Assembly: GCA_046861615.1 (NCBI GenBank)
Contig: JBHHUS010000002.1
Location: forward strand, 473 to 64,472
DNA from: Fidelibacterota bacterium
GTDB taxonomy: Bacteria > Fidelibacterota > Marinisomatia > Marinisomatales > TCS55
Direction: 5' to 3'
Length of the DNA: 64,000 bases
Positions within the stretch are counted from its first letter, which is position 1. Each line of letters begins with the position of its first letter. The position numbers were made by a program, and so were the translations under genes. Positions 45,778-54,312 of the stretch are shown here, one piece after another. The notes beneath the pieces are model-generated. The model ran no database searches, was not told the DNA's origin, and saw only the letters and a program-made list of their open reading frames with translations.

Positions 45778-48549
45778 TTAAAAATCCCAGCCGAAGAAAA
45801 ACTGGGTAAACCAGCCTTCTTGCAGTTTACTGAAGTCGGTCCGTTTCCCAATGTCCCACCTCAGAACCGCGCCGCCAAACCGAACCCGTAAACCAAAACC
45901 CAGACTGCCGATGAATCCCTGAAAGGACTGTTCCCAGGCATTTCCGACATCCACGAACAAGGCTCCTTCCCAGGGTCCTGTATCAACGTTGACTGACTCT
46001 GAATCCAGGGTTAGAGATCGGACTAAAGGAAAACGTAATTCCGTATTCAAAAGCACGTACTTCCGGCCGTAAATGCCATTGAACGGATAACCGCGCAATC
46101 CCCAGCTCCCGCCTATGTAAAACCGACGAACATCTTTACCATCATTAGCCAGAATCATCATTCGGTGAGCCAAGGTCAATTTACTGTTAGGATGATAATA
46201 ATATCGGAAGTCTAATAAACCGGTATAATTGTAAATTCGGGCTCTGGATAGATCAAAGGTGGGACTAACCGTTATGCGCCCGCGCCAACCGTCGATTGGT
46301 CCGATGAGTGACCACAGTGAATTATCGTGAACTAATGAAATTGTATTGGCGATTAGAGTTGCTGATCTTTGGTCGCCGGGGGCATATTTTTTCCGGGATT
46401 GCCACAGGGAAATACTCATTTCAAAACGATCGAACACATTAATCGGTACGTTAATTCCACCCCGTACTCCCACTGTTTGTTCGTAGTAAAATGCCTGGTA
46501 GGGGTCGAAATAATCGTTCGAAAAATAAAACGCTCCCAGAGCCACATTTGAGCGCTGAGACAGATCGACAAAGGTAACCGCTACATTAAAACGGGAAAGA
46601 AATTCTGATGGAGTCTGAGCCGAATTAGAGAGCATGAAATTGAAATAGCGATTTCCCAGTATGTCTGATACGGAAATCTGCCCCCCTCCAAGGAACCCAA
46701 ACTGCGGATCGAAAGCCACTGCTGTCTGGGCAATATCAAAAGTATATTTAAGTTTATAGGGCAGCGGTTTCTCGGTTACCTGGAGTGAATCTACCTCCAT
46801 CGGGGATGAAATATTAGTGGTGCGTTGTTCAATCTTCCCGGGTCTATCCAGCGTTTCCAGTTCCAAATAATGAATTCTGAAACCATAATCCTGGAACATC
46901 ACCAGAGCCATGCTGTCACCGGTGACCGGGATGAAATCAGTTACACCAGTATGATAATTGGTTTCTTGATATATTTCCCCTAGCTCCTCATATTCCGACT
47001 GTTGACCGATATTTAACTCCCAGATATTGTTAATGCCACTGCGATTAGAAAGAAAATGGATAATGTTTTTGTTACCCGGACCACAGCGCGGTTTAATGTT
47101 TTCATATTCATCATCGGTCACAGCTGTAATAACACCGGTTTCATAATCCAAAAGGAACAGGTTCATGGCCGGGGCCGGAGTTACATTTCCACGGTCAGAA
47201 GAAAACAGAATTTTTTCCCCGTAGGGGCTGAAAACCGGATCCCAGTCGGCAAACTGGTCATTCGTCAAACGAATCAGAATGTCCGGTTTCACTTTCCAGA
47301 GGTAAAGGTCATTGAATCCAGAGAAACGGCTTCCACTGAAAACGACCGTTTTCCCGTCTTGCGACCAGTTTGGCGAACGGATAGACACCAGCTCTTTTTG
47401 AAACAGTTCGGCCTTCTCCACGCCAGTGTACAGATCTAAAATGACCAGTACATCTCGTCCCTGGCGTAGCGTTGGAAAAACCAGCTCACCGAATTGGTTA
47501 ACAGCCATTTCTGATTGCAACAAATGGAGTGATTCATAGTCCGGTGTTCGCTCCCCTTTTAATATCAGGGTTGGCTCCCGGGACTTCAATGATTGCTGAT
47601 AAATATTGGTAAATCCATCACGATTGGACTGGTAAATAATCTGTTTTGTACTATCGCGCTTCCAATACAAAGCGGGGGCACTGTTTATTCTACCAGTTGT
47701 CAAAAGCGAATTTCCTACAGGAGGCAAAGTTTCGTTTTCAAGGGCGGCCGCGAATTTTTTCTTCAGTGACAGCGACCACTCCTGCAGTAAATCCTCGTAT
47801 TTTATCCCGGTAACCTGTTCCAGAGCAGCTTCAAATGAGTCAAACTGCCAGTAGGTCTCCAGCAGTGTTAATATGGCCTCTTGACCGAACCGATTCTGGA
47901 AAAAACGAAAAAAGGACTGACCTTCCTTATACAATAAAAATCCGCCTGTTTTATGCAACGGTTTCAGCTTATCCTGGAGAACTGCATCCCGTAGAACTGT
48001 TTCCGCCTGGTTGTCCCAGCCAATGGACCACCATTCGGCCAATCCCTCAGTAAACCAGAGCGGCAATGACGTTGTATTCCAACGTTTTTCCTTGCGCAGA
48101 TGATAGGCTACCTTTTTATTCGTAAATACGTGGACCAGTTCATGCCGAATAACATGGTAAAAATCCCAGATTCGGCCATTGTAAGGCAATACTACCCGCC
48201 CCTTAATAAATTCAAAGAAGCCGCCAATTCCTTCCGGAATCTGGTTGGGCAATACATTAGTCTGCCGGAACTGGACCGGGCTGGCGTACAGGATCAGGGG
48301 TATTTTTTCGTCCGGCTGATACTCAAAAAGATTCACATATTCCCGGAAAGTCTCTTCAGCAATTCCAGCTGCAGTGAAAGCGATATCCTGTTCCTCCCGG
48401 TAAAAGTAAATATTAAAATGTTCCGTCTTTAATGTTTGCCACTGAAATTGGTCGTATTGAATTTTATTACGCCCAAAATAAAATTGGCTATTGCCTGTTG
48501 CAGACAACAACAGACCCAGTAAAATGATGCCGGAAAAAGAATGTCTCAT
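45778..48549 (-). CDS. Fusion protein: peptidase-MA-like zinc protease + PD40/TolB-like propeller + Omp85 (bacterial surface antigen) beta-barrel
   Basis: 923-aa ORF with a signal peptide, HELVH plus WFTEGLAEWW (HExxH...E), and PD40-like repeats (SPNWSQDGKTVVFSG, FSPYGEKILFSSDR). C-terminal Omp85-type motifs are GGSWGLRGYP, LNTELRFPL and GALFVDVGNAW, and the protein ends in GWDF. Confidence 0.75.
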   Translation of the reverse strand: MRHSFSGIILLGLLLSATGNSQFYFGRNKIQYDQFQWQTLKTEHFNIYFYREEQDIAFTAAGIAEETFREYVNLFEYQPDEKIPLILYASPVQFRQTNVLPNQIPEGIGGFFEFIKGRVVLPYNGRIWDFYHVIRHELVHVFTNKKVAYHLRKEKRWNTTSLPLWFTEGLAEWWSIGWDNQAETVLRDAVLQDKLKPLHKTGGFLLYKEGQSFFRFFQNRFGQEAILTLLETYWQFDSFEAALEQVTGIKYEDLLQEWSLSLKKKFAAALENETLPPVGNSLLTTGRINSAPALYWKRDSTKQIIYQSNRDGFTNIYQQSLKSREPTLILKGERTPDYESLHLLQSEMAVNQFGELVFPTLRQGRDVLVILDLYTGVEKAELFQKELVSIRSPNWSQDGKTVVFSGSRFSGFNDLYLWKVKPDILIRLTNDQFADWDPVFSPYGEKILFSSDRGNVTPAPAMNLFLLDYETGVITAVTDDEYENIKPRCGPGNKNIIHFLSNRSGINNIWELNIGQQSEYEELGEIYQETNYHTGVTDFIPVTGDSMALVMFQDYGFRIHYLELETLDRPGKIEQRTTNISSPMEVDSLQVTEKPLPYKLKYTFDIAQTAVAFDPQFGFLGGGQISVSDILGNRYFNFMLSNSAQTPSEFLSRFNVAVTFVDLSQRSNVALGAFYFSNDYFDPYQAFYYEQTVGVRGGINVPINVFDRFEMSISLWQSRKKYAPGDQRSATLIANTISLVHDNSLWSLIGPIDGWRGRITVSPTFDLSRARIYNYTGLLDFRYYYHPNSKLTLAHRMMILANDGKDVRRFYIGGSWGLRGYPFNGIYGRKYVLLNTELRFPLVRSLTLDSESVNVDTGPWEGALFVDVGNAWEQSFQGFIGSLGFGLRVRFGGAVLRWDIGKRTDFSKLQEGWFTQFFFGWDF

Positions 48550-48617
48550 GACGTCGGACGAAACTTATTCAATCCAGCATTTAAGGGAAAGAATAATAGT
48601 TTAAATCAAAATCCGGG

Positions 48618-48645
48618 GGAAATGCAAATATTTGTAAGCATTTCC
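48618..48645 (-). terminator. Hairpin downstream of the response-regulator gene
   Basis: GGAAATGC/GCATTTCC 8-bp stem, followed on the minus strand by CCCGGATTTTGATTT. It separates the two-component genes from the envelope operon. Confidence 0.45.
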
Positions 48646-48659
48646 TTAAGCACTAAAAC

Positions 48660-49103
48660 CTAGTTTGAGTGGAAGTATTTATCCAGCGTCTTCTGCAAAT
48701 CTTTGATTAAATAGGGCTTAGGAATGTAATCGTTAAACGAATGGGAATCAATTTTGCCGACTACCCGTTTTTCAAAGGCTGTTACAGCAATAATCGGAGT
48801 TTTTTTAAACCGATCAGAATTCCTGAATTTTTCCATCAGGGTTATTCCTGAAATTCCAGGCCCCAGGGCAATATCCAGTAACATCCCGTCCACCGAATTA
48901 TTTTCCATTAATTCCAGTGCCTTTTCACCCGTTTCGGCTTCTACTGCTTCATAACCTAGCCGTTTTAAGGCAAACATAATATATTGACGAGCAGAGTCAG
49001 TGTCCTCTACTACTAAAAATAAAATTCTATTTTCCTTAGATTCCGAATGTTTACCGTTTTCTTCTGCGTTTGTCATTATTTTTTTACTTTCATGATTAAT
49101 CAA
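48660..49103 (-). CDS. Stand-alone response regulator receiver protein (CheY-like)
   Basis: 147-aa ORF with acidic pocket VVEDTD, phospho-acceptor context MLLDIAL, and conserved T/K positions (IIAVTAF ... KP). Confidence 0.85.
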   Translation of the reverse strand: MINHESKKIMTNAEENGKHSESKENRILFLVVEDTDSARQYIMFALKRLGYEAVEAETGEKALELMENNSVDGMLLDIALGPGISGITLMEKFRNSDRFKKTPIIAVTAFEKRVVGKIDSHSFNDYIPKPYLIKDLQKTLDKYFHSN

Positions 49104-49128
49104 TTTTCATAGGTGTTTAAATCAACGA

Positions 49129-51636
49129 TTATTCCGACAATGGTAATGAAAAACAAAAACTGTTGCCCGTTGGTTTATTTGGTTCCACCCAGGCATCACC
49201 TCCATGGGCTTCAGCGATTCGTTTTACAATCGCTAAACCCAACCCCCGACCCCGCTTGACACCATTTTCCAACTGTACATTCCGTCCAAAAACCTGTTCC
49301 CGCAGTTCGGGATCGATTGTTTTACCGAAATCTTTCAGTTTACCCACCGCACGATCCTTTTCCCGGGTTAATTCGATAATCAGTTTTTTCCCTTCACTGG
49401 CGTATTTAACCGCATTAGTCATATAATTTCGGAGAATTTCCTGGATAATCGGGTTTGCCAGCACTTCCAGTTTTTCCGGAATTCTTAGTTCCAGGTCCAA
49501 ATTATGATCGTTTAAAATCTGTTTAAACTCATTTGCCAGATCAGAAACCATTTTACTGAGGTCTAAGTTTTTCTTGGTAATTTCTTCCCCCAGAGCCAGT
49601 TGTGAGAGCGTTTTGGCATTATCTAAAACCTGCACAAGACTAATGCTGCTGTCGCGAATCAGGCGAATGGCCTCATCATCCGGATTATCCAACATCATCA
49701 TATCTGCCAGGCCCTGGATTACACCGGCAGGATTTTTTAAATCGTGACTGATCACATCCAGCAACATTTCCTTGAGAGTGTTGGAATCAGATAATTCCTT
49801 CGCCGCCTGTCGGTATTTCTTTTCCGAAAATTTTACTTTTTCGCCGGCACGTTCCCGGTTAATCGTGACTGCAATTTGTTCAGAGGTAAAAGCCAGGATT
49901 TTCAAGTCATCAACCGTATATAGTGTTGGATTTGTATAGCTCTGGAGACCAATCACACCGATTACTTCTCCTTCCGTGATAAGCGGTGCGCCCATCCATT
50001 GCTCAGAAGGAGTACCGATCAACTCAATTTTCCCTTCCTCCGCCAGTTTATAGATGTCTTTTTTATTCAGTAATAACGGAGTTTTGATTTCAATAATGTA
50101 TTCCGTTAGACCCTTTCCCGGTTTTATATCTTCCGGCTTAGGATCTTTTTCATCAATAAAGAAGGGAAAGGAAAGTCGATTCTCTTCACGATCATAAAAG
50201 GCAATATAAAAATTGCTGGTATCTAAAATAGTACTTAGGGCCTTGTGAATGGCTGAATATAGGTCCTCCAGATTATCGGTAGTGCTGGCGGCCCGGGAAA
50301 TCTGGTAAATAACATTCTTCAACCGTTCATCATGTTTCCGCTCAGTGACATTGTGAACCACAACCTGGGCTGCCGGGCGTCCCTCATGGGCAACGGGCAG
50401 GGCCGAAACTTCCACGTTGATTTCCTGACCGTCATTACGGATATATTTATGTTCCACCTGACCTACATCGACACCCTTTTCAATGACTGTCCGATTACGA
50501 TCCAAAACGGAATTATGATATTCTGGTTTAACGATATCCAGAAACGGTTTATTTATCATAGAATCATCATCCGGTGCTCCCAGCATATTTTTCATCGCTT
50601 TGTTCAGGAAAACAATTTTTCCATCCTGATGAATGCAAATACCATCCGGTGAATATTCAATTAATTGGCGGTATTGCTCTTCTGATTTCTGGATCTTCTG
50701 TAATCCCTTGTGTAAACTGTTCTGTCGCCGTAATTGGTGGTAAGTCAATCCGGACACTATGAAAGCAATAATCAATCCAATAATTAACAGCCATCCCAGA
50801 TAGGGATTCATGTATTGAGTCAGGAATTCAGGTTTAGGTATTAAAAAAAGTGAAAATTCGCGATTTAATACAGGATAGTAACTCTTTCCGATTATTTCAG
50901 GCAATTCTGATCCTGAAGGCATATTGGAATAGATCTGGTTTTCTCCGGAGAAAATCTGGAGATAGTATTTTTCATCGCGAACGCGGAGCCAGGTTTGATT
51001 GAAAAATTCGTCAATTCTGAAGACACCATTCAGATATCCTTCAACTTTACCATCCTTAATAAGCGGGAAATAAGTCGCGAAGCCTTTTCCGCCCTGCAAA
51101 AGTGTGAGGGGCGGAGTAGCTACATCTTTCCCGGTTTGTTCCGCCTGAATAAAACTCTCTGCCGCTTCAGGATGTTCGTGCAAATCCTTATTCAGAGCCT
51201 GTAAATTAGGGGATTCGGGCACCACCCAGCGTATAACACCCTGAGGGTCAATATAATTGATGGCTTGGAAACCTGGTTTTACGTCCATAAAGGATAACGC
51301 TTCTCGCGTAAAATCCTTCTGATTCTTGACTTTATTTAAAAACCACTCCTGACGTAAATGGCGTAAAACATTGAAATAACTCTCCGTATTCTCCTGTAAA
51401 CGACTGGCGATAAACCGTGCAGTGAGATTTGTCGTAAGCTCTATTTCACCCCAATCCTCTTGCTGGATGACATTCCGAAAACCAACCGTTGCTAACAAGA
51501 TAGCAAAAAAAGTTATAATTGGTACTATTAAAAAGTGATTAGAAAAAAAAGGTGGCAAAGTATCAATTATCTGACGGTACAACTCCATCTGACCATTTTC
51601 AGTTTGAATGTTATTACTTTGCTTATTCTGCTGCAT
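49129..51636 (-). CDS. Sensor histidine kinase (extracytoplasmic sensor domain, PAS, GAF, HisKA, HATPase_c)
   Basis: 835-aa ORF. Two TM helices flank a roughly 230-aa external domain, followed by PAS-like and GAF-like regions. H-box ISHDLKNP and G-boxes (GRGLGLAI) are present. Confidence 0.88.
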   Translation of the reverse strand: MQQNKQSNNIQTENGQMELYRQIIDTLPPFFSNHFLIVPIITFFAILLATVGFRNVIQQEDWGEIELTTNLTARFIASRLQENTESYFNVLRHLRQEWFLNKVKNQKDFTREALSFMDVKPGFQAINYIDPQGVIRWVVPESPNLQALNKDLHEHPEAAESFIQAEQTGKDVATPPLTLLQGGKGFATYFPLIKDGKVEGYLNGVFRIDEFFNQTWLRVRDEKYYLQIFSGENQIYSNMPSGSELPEIIGKSYYPVLNREFSLFLIPKPEFLTQYMNPYLGWLLIIGLIIAFIVSGLTYHQLRRQNSLHKGLQKIQKSEEQYRQLIEYSPDGICIHQDGKIVFLNKAMKNMLGAPDDDSMINKPFLDIVKPEYHNSVLDRNRTVIEKGVDVGQVEHKYIRNDGQEINVEVSALPVAHEGRPAAQVVVHNVTERKHDERLKNVIYQISRAASTTDNLEDLYSAIHKALSTILDTSNFYIAFYDREENRLSFPFFIDEKDPKPEDIKPGKGLTEYIIEIKTPLLLNKKDIYKLAEEGKIELIGTPSEQWMGAPLITEGEVIGVIGLQSYTNPTLYTVDDLKILAFTSEQIAVTINRERAGEKVKFSEKKYRQAAKELSDSNTLKEMLLDVISHDLKNPAGVIQGLADMMMLDNPDDEAIRLIRDSSISLVQVLDNAKTLSQLALGEEITKKNLDLSKMVSDLANEFKQILNDHNLDLELRIPEKLEVLANPIIQEILRNYMTNAVKYASEGKKLIIELTREKDRAVGKLKDFGKTIDPELREQVFGRNVQLENGVKRGRGLGLAIVKRIAEAHGGDAWVEPNKPTGNSFCFSLPLSE

Positions 51637-51812
51637 TTAAAAAGATTCTTTATTCCGTCTTCGATTACCCTGTTAACTAGATCTGGATATTATTTTACCT
51701 GATTCTAAGTGCTTAAGAGTTTAAAGCACTGAAATTATCAGTTCAAAATAGATTCTATTGCGATTTGTTCGGATCGGAATGTTCTTCAAAGTCAAATAAA
51801 AGTAACCTCCGA

Positions 51813-52043
51813 TTAACCGTCTAAGCTTAATAACATATTCTTTTTATTACACTTGTCAGCTTCCGACTTAGTAGAATAATCCTCAGTATAAATAACTTTG
51901 TAGGGCCGGCGGGCTTTAGTGGACCTAACTTTACCCTGGTTGTGAATCTTCAGTCGTTTCGGTACATCACGCGAATGACCAATATAATGGAAAGGATGAT
52001 CGAGCGATTTCAATACGTAGACCGTGTACATCTTGCAATCCAT
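51813..52043 (-). pseudogene. Truncated second copy of the GIY-YIG nuclease gene
   Basis: The first 62 codons are nucleotide-identical to 52195..52380. The reading frame diverges after ...STKSEA and ends after 76 aa, lacking the conserved C-terminal helix region (QKREYYLKK...). Confidence 0.6.
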
Positions 52044-52075
52044 ACTTTAATTCAGTTGCGGAGAGAGAGGGATTC
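51858..52075. repeat. Direct repeat, copy B (218 bp, identical to 52195..52412)
   Basis: Base-by-base comparison of the two blocks shows no mismatch. The period is 337 bp. Confidence 0.95.
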
Positions 52076-52109
52076 CCTCGAAGAGGTTTCTTCGAAAGAA
52101 CCCTCGATA
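52059..52109 (-). pseudogene. tRNA-Ser 3' fragment interrupted in the T-loop by a 22-nt palindromic insert
   Basis: In minus sense: TATCGAGGGTTC + 22-nt insert (+ strand 52076..52097) + GAATCCCTCTCTCTCCG. The flanks equal the last 29 nt of the intact tRNA-Ser. Confidence 0.7.
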
Positions 52110-52113
52110 TGGG

Positions 52114-52380
52114 TTACCAGACTCCCCGGGATTTCAAGGTTTCACGCAGCCATTGATTCCCAGCACCCTTTTTTAAATAGTATTCTCGTTTTTGAGCTTC
52201 CGACTTAGTAGAATAATCCTCAGTATAAATAACTTTGTAGGGCCGGCGGGCTTTAGTGGACCTAACTTTACCCTGGTTGTGAATCTTCAGTCGTTTCGGT
52301 ACATCACGCGAATGACCAATATAATGGAAAGGATGATCGAGCGATTTCAATACGTAGACCGTGTACATCTTGCAATCCAT
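52114..52380 (-). CDS. Small GIY-YIG nuclease family protein (UPF0213/COG2827-like)
   Basis: 88-aa ORF with YTVYVLKS...HYIGHS......R...H....V..T......K.IY.E.Y.TKSEA.KRE..LK. It starts 15 nt after the 3' end of tRNA-Ser. The true start may be the internal MYTVYV. Confidence 0.82.
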   Translation of the reverse strand: MDCKMYTVYVLKSLDHPFHYIGHSRDVPKRLKIHNQGKVRSTKARRPYKVIYTEDYSTKSEAQKREYYLKKGAGNQWLRETLKSRGVW

Positions 52381-52412
52381 ACTTTAATTCAGTTGCGGAG
52401 AGAGAGGGATTC
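52195..52412. repeat. Direct repeat, copy A (218 bp, identical to 51858..52075)
   Basis: It covers the last 17 nt of the intact tRNA-Ser, a 15-nt spacer and the first 62 codons of the GIY-YIG ORF. Confidence 0.95.
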
Positions 52413-52488
52413 GAACCCTCGATAGACGGGAGCACCGCCTATACCCGCTTAGCAGGCGGGCGCCTTCAGCCAGCTCGGCCATCTCTCC
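52396..52488 (-). tRNA. tRNA-Ser (anticodon GCT)
   Basis: 93-nt class II tRNA. Acceptor GGAGAGA/TCTCTCC, anticodon stem CCCGC/GCGGG with loop CTGCTAA, long variable arm, and T-arm GAGGG-TTCGAAT-CCCTC. Confidence 0.92.
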
Positions 52489-52706
52489 AAACGCTATTTT
52501 CCTTTTAAAAAAGCGGGCTGAAATTACCCCTTACTTTTTTCACTGACAAATTAAACCATTACCAGCTTCTGAAATCAATCCGAAGGAAGCTTCTCTACTT
52601 TAACAGATCAATTTTGTAAATGTGATTTGATTTGCTAAATTTATTTAACGTAAACAAATGAGAAGTATCGAATTCAGATTAATCAATCAGATATCAGGAG
52701 GTAAAA

Positions 52707-52883
52707 TTGAACTGCGTGAAAAATTTCGTGATAATGTTTGCGCTGGTATTTGCCGTATCAGCCGTCGTGTCCTTTTTATATAGTTGGTTATTTCACGGAA
52801 CGGGAATTATCGACTGGGGTTCCTCGGTCCGCTTGGGGATTATTCTTGGAATCGTCCTGTCTTGGGTAGAATCAAGAAAATAA
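52707..52883 (+). CDS. Small two-helix membrane protein (hypothetical)
   Basis: 58-codon ORF below the size cutoff of the track. AGGAGG lies 5 nt upstream of a TTG, with in-frame GTG and ATG alternatives. Two hydrophobic helices are FVIMFALVFAVSAVVSFLYSWLF and VRLGIILGIVLSWV. Confidence 0.4.
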   Translation: MNCVKNFVIMFALVFAVSAVVSFLYSWLFHGTGIIDWGSSVRLGIILGIVLSWVESRK

Positions 52884-52964
52884 ATGCTATCGACTTAAAA
52901 AATGTCAAGGCTATTTTTTGCTACACGTTAGGCAGGAAATATATTGAGCAACTAATTGGAGTGG

Positions 52965-53129
52965 TTACTTTGTAAGTTTATCGACGATCGAAGAAAATAA
53001 AGTTTTGTATTCATTCACTACAAACTTTACCAGGGGGCTATCGGGGAAAAAGTAGGAAATAGCAACCAGGATCACAATCAGGAGAATAATTCTCCGTAAC
53101 AATTTCTTAATCAATCCACTGCCAATCAT
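52965..53129 (-). CDS. Small single-pass membrane protein (hypothetical)
   Basis: 54-codon ATG ORF downstream of dprA (MIGSGLIKKLLRRIILLIVILVAISYFF...). No clear Shine-Dalgarno sequence. Confidence 0.3.
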   Translation of the reverse strand: MIGSGLIKKLLRRIILLIVILVAISYFFPDSPLVKFVVNEYKTLFSSIVDKLTK

Positions 53130-53217
53130 GACTATTGAAAATACAAATTATTTCCGGGTACAAATACTAAAATTCATCTTTTAGGAAACAGGATAATTTT
53201 TTCGGTTTTTCCTTACT

Positions 53218-54312
53218 TTAAACCCTGACAAAGTGCTTACCGGTTAGTTGCATAACCACTCCTTTCAATTCCAACGTCAGCAATAGCGCCAGAGCCTTGG
53301 TAACTTCCATATCCGCCGATTTAACGATCTCGTCAATGTGCAATGGCTGTTCCCCCAATAGTTCCACCAATAAACGTTCTTTATCGGTCAAATTCAGGGT
53401 TATGGCCTGTTGTTTTGGTTCTATCGGGTTGAAGAATCTATTTTGAATTGATTGCAGAATATCATCACCCGATTGAATCGGTATTGCTCCGTTCCGGATC
53501 AATCGATTGCAGCCCACACTCAATTTATCGGTAATTCTCCCCGGTACAGCAAAAACTTCCCGATTCTGGTCAATTGCATTTAAAGCAGTGAGAATCGCTC
53601 CACTATGCGTCCCCGCTTCCACCACCAGCGTTCCGTGGGACAGGCCACTGATAATCCGGTTCCGCTGGGGAAAATTGACCGCATCCGGTTTCGTTCCTAG
53701 GGGAAATTCTGTAATTACCGTACCGTCAGCACAAATTTCTTCCGCCAATCTTTCATTTTCACGGGGATAGGTGGTATCAATCCCGTTTCCCAGCACAGCG
53801 ATCGTTCTTCCCTCTTGTTTTAAAGTGCTTCTATGGGCGATACTGTCTACGCCCCGAGCCAGCCCGCTGACAATCACAATTCCAGAAGTCACCAGTTCAG
53901 TAACAATCCTGGATGTAGCTTTTTTACCGTAAATAGTGACGGACCGCGTCCCCACTACTGCCAGACAATCCTCTTTTGATTTTAAGGGCTGACCTTTAAC
54001 GTACAGCAACACTGGTGGATCATACATTTTTTTCATAAGGGTTGGAAAATCAGTGTCCCAAAAAGTTAAGATTTGAACACCAAGGGCCTCTGCCCTTTCC
54101 AGCTCCTGTTCACCAAAATCAAATTGATGGTAATTACGAATAGAAGCAGCCAGTTTCAAATCAATACCTTCCACGGAGCATAATTCCGCCGTGGAGAGCT
54201 TAAATACCGATTGTGGTTCTTTAAAATGTGAAACCAGTATCCGTACCCGCTGAGGACCCAAACGAGGCGTATTTAATAAATTGAACAGTGCAACTTTGTC
54301 TTCAGCTTTCAT
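53218..54312 (-). CDS. dprA: DNA processing protein DprA (Smf)
   Basis: 364-aa ORF with a Rossmann-like core containing GLARGVDSIAHR and a C-terminal winged-helix-like tail. Confidence 0.92.
   Translation of the reverse strand: MKAEDKVALFNLLNTPRLGPQRVRILVSHFKEPQSVFKLSTAELCSVEGIDLKLAASIRNYHQFDFGEQELERAEALGVQILTFWDTDFPTLMKKMYDPPVLLYVKGQPLKSKEDCLAVVGTRSVTIYGKKATSRIVTELVTSGIVIVSGLARGVDSIAHRSTLKQEGRTIAVLGNGIDTTYPRENERLAEEICADGTVITEFPLGTKPDAVNFPQRNRIISGLSHGTLVVEAGTHSGAILTALNAIDQNREVFAVPGRITDKLSVGCNRLIRNGAIPIQSGDDILQSIQNRFFNPIEPKQQAITLNLTDKERLLVELLGEQPLHIDEIVKSADMEVTKALALLLTLELKGVVMQLTGKHFVRV

Larger units (their letters stand above)
52076..52412 (-). mobile_element. Candidate 337-bp unit: tRNA-Ser 3' end + GIY-YIG ORF (putative tRNA-targeting selfish cassette)
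   Basis: This is one full period of the tandem structure. Its only coding capacity is the 88-aa GIY-YIG protein, and no integrase or transposase lies nearby. Mobility is an inference. Confidence 0.35.

Noticed and set aside
45777-45851. N-terminal 25 codons of the 154-aa ORF (MGNGPTSVNCKK...)
   Set aside because: They overlap the last 74 nt of the 923-aa gene in another frame. The internal Met at 45776 starts a signal-peptide-like sequence 1 nt after the upstream stop.
51858-52412. Repeat structure as a CRISPR array or IS element
   Set aside because: There are only two long (218-bp) copies containing coding sequence and a tRNA end. There are no short repeat/spacer units, no terminal inverted repeats and no transposase.
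52396-52488. Whether the long-variable-arm tRNA could be tRNA-Sec (selC), matching the selenoprotein
   Set aside because: The anticodon loop is CTGCTAA (GCT, not TCA), and the acceptor stem is a standard 7 bp. It is an ordinary tRNA-Ser.
52784-52975. 63-aa plus-strand ORF from the track
   Set aside because: It has no RBS and no hydrophobic or other pattern. It overlaps two better-supported small ORFs in other frames.
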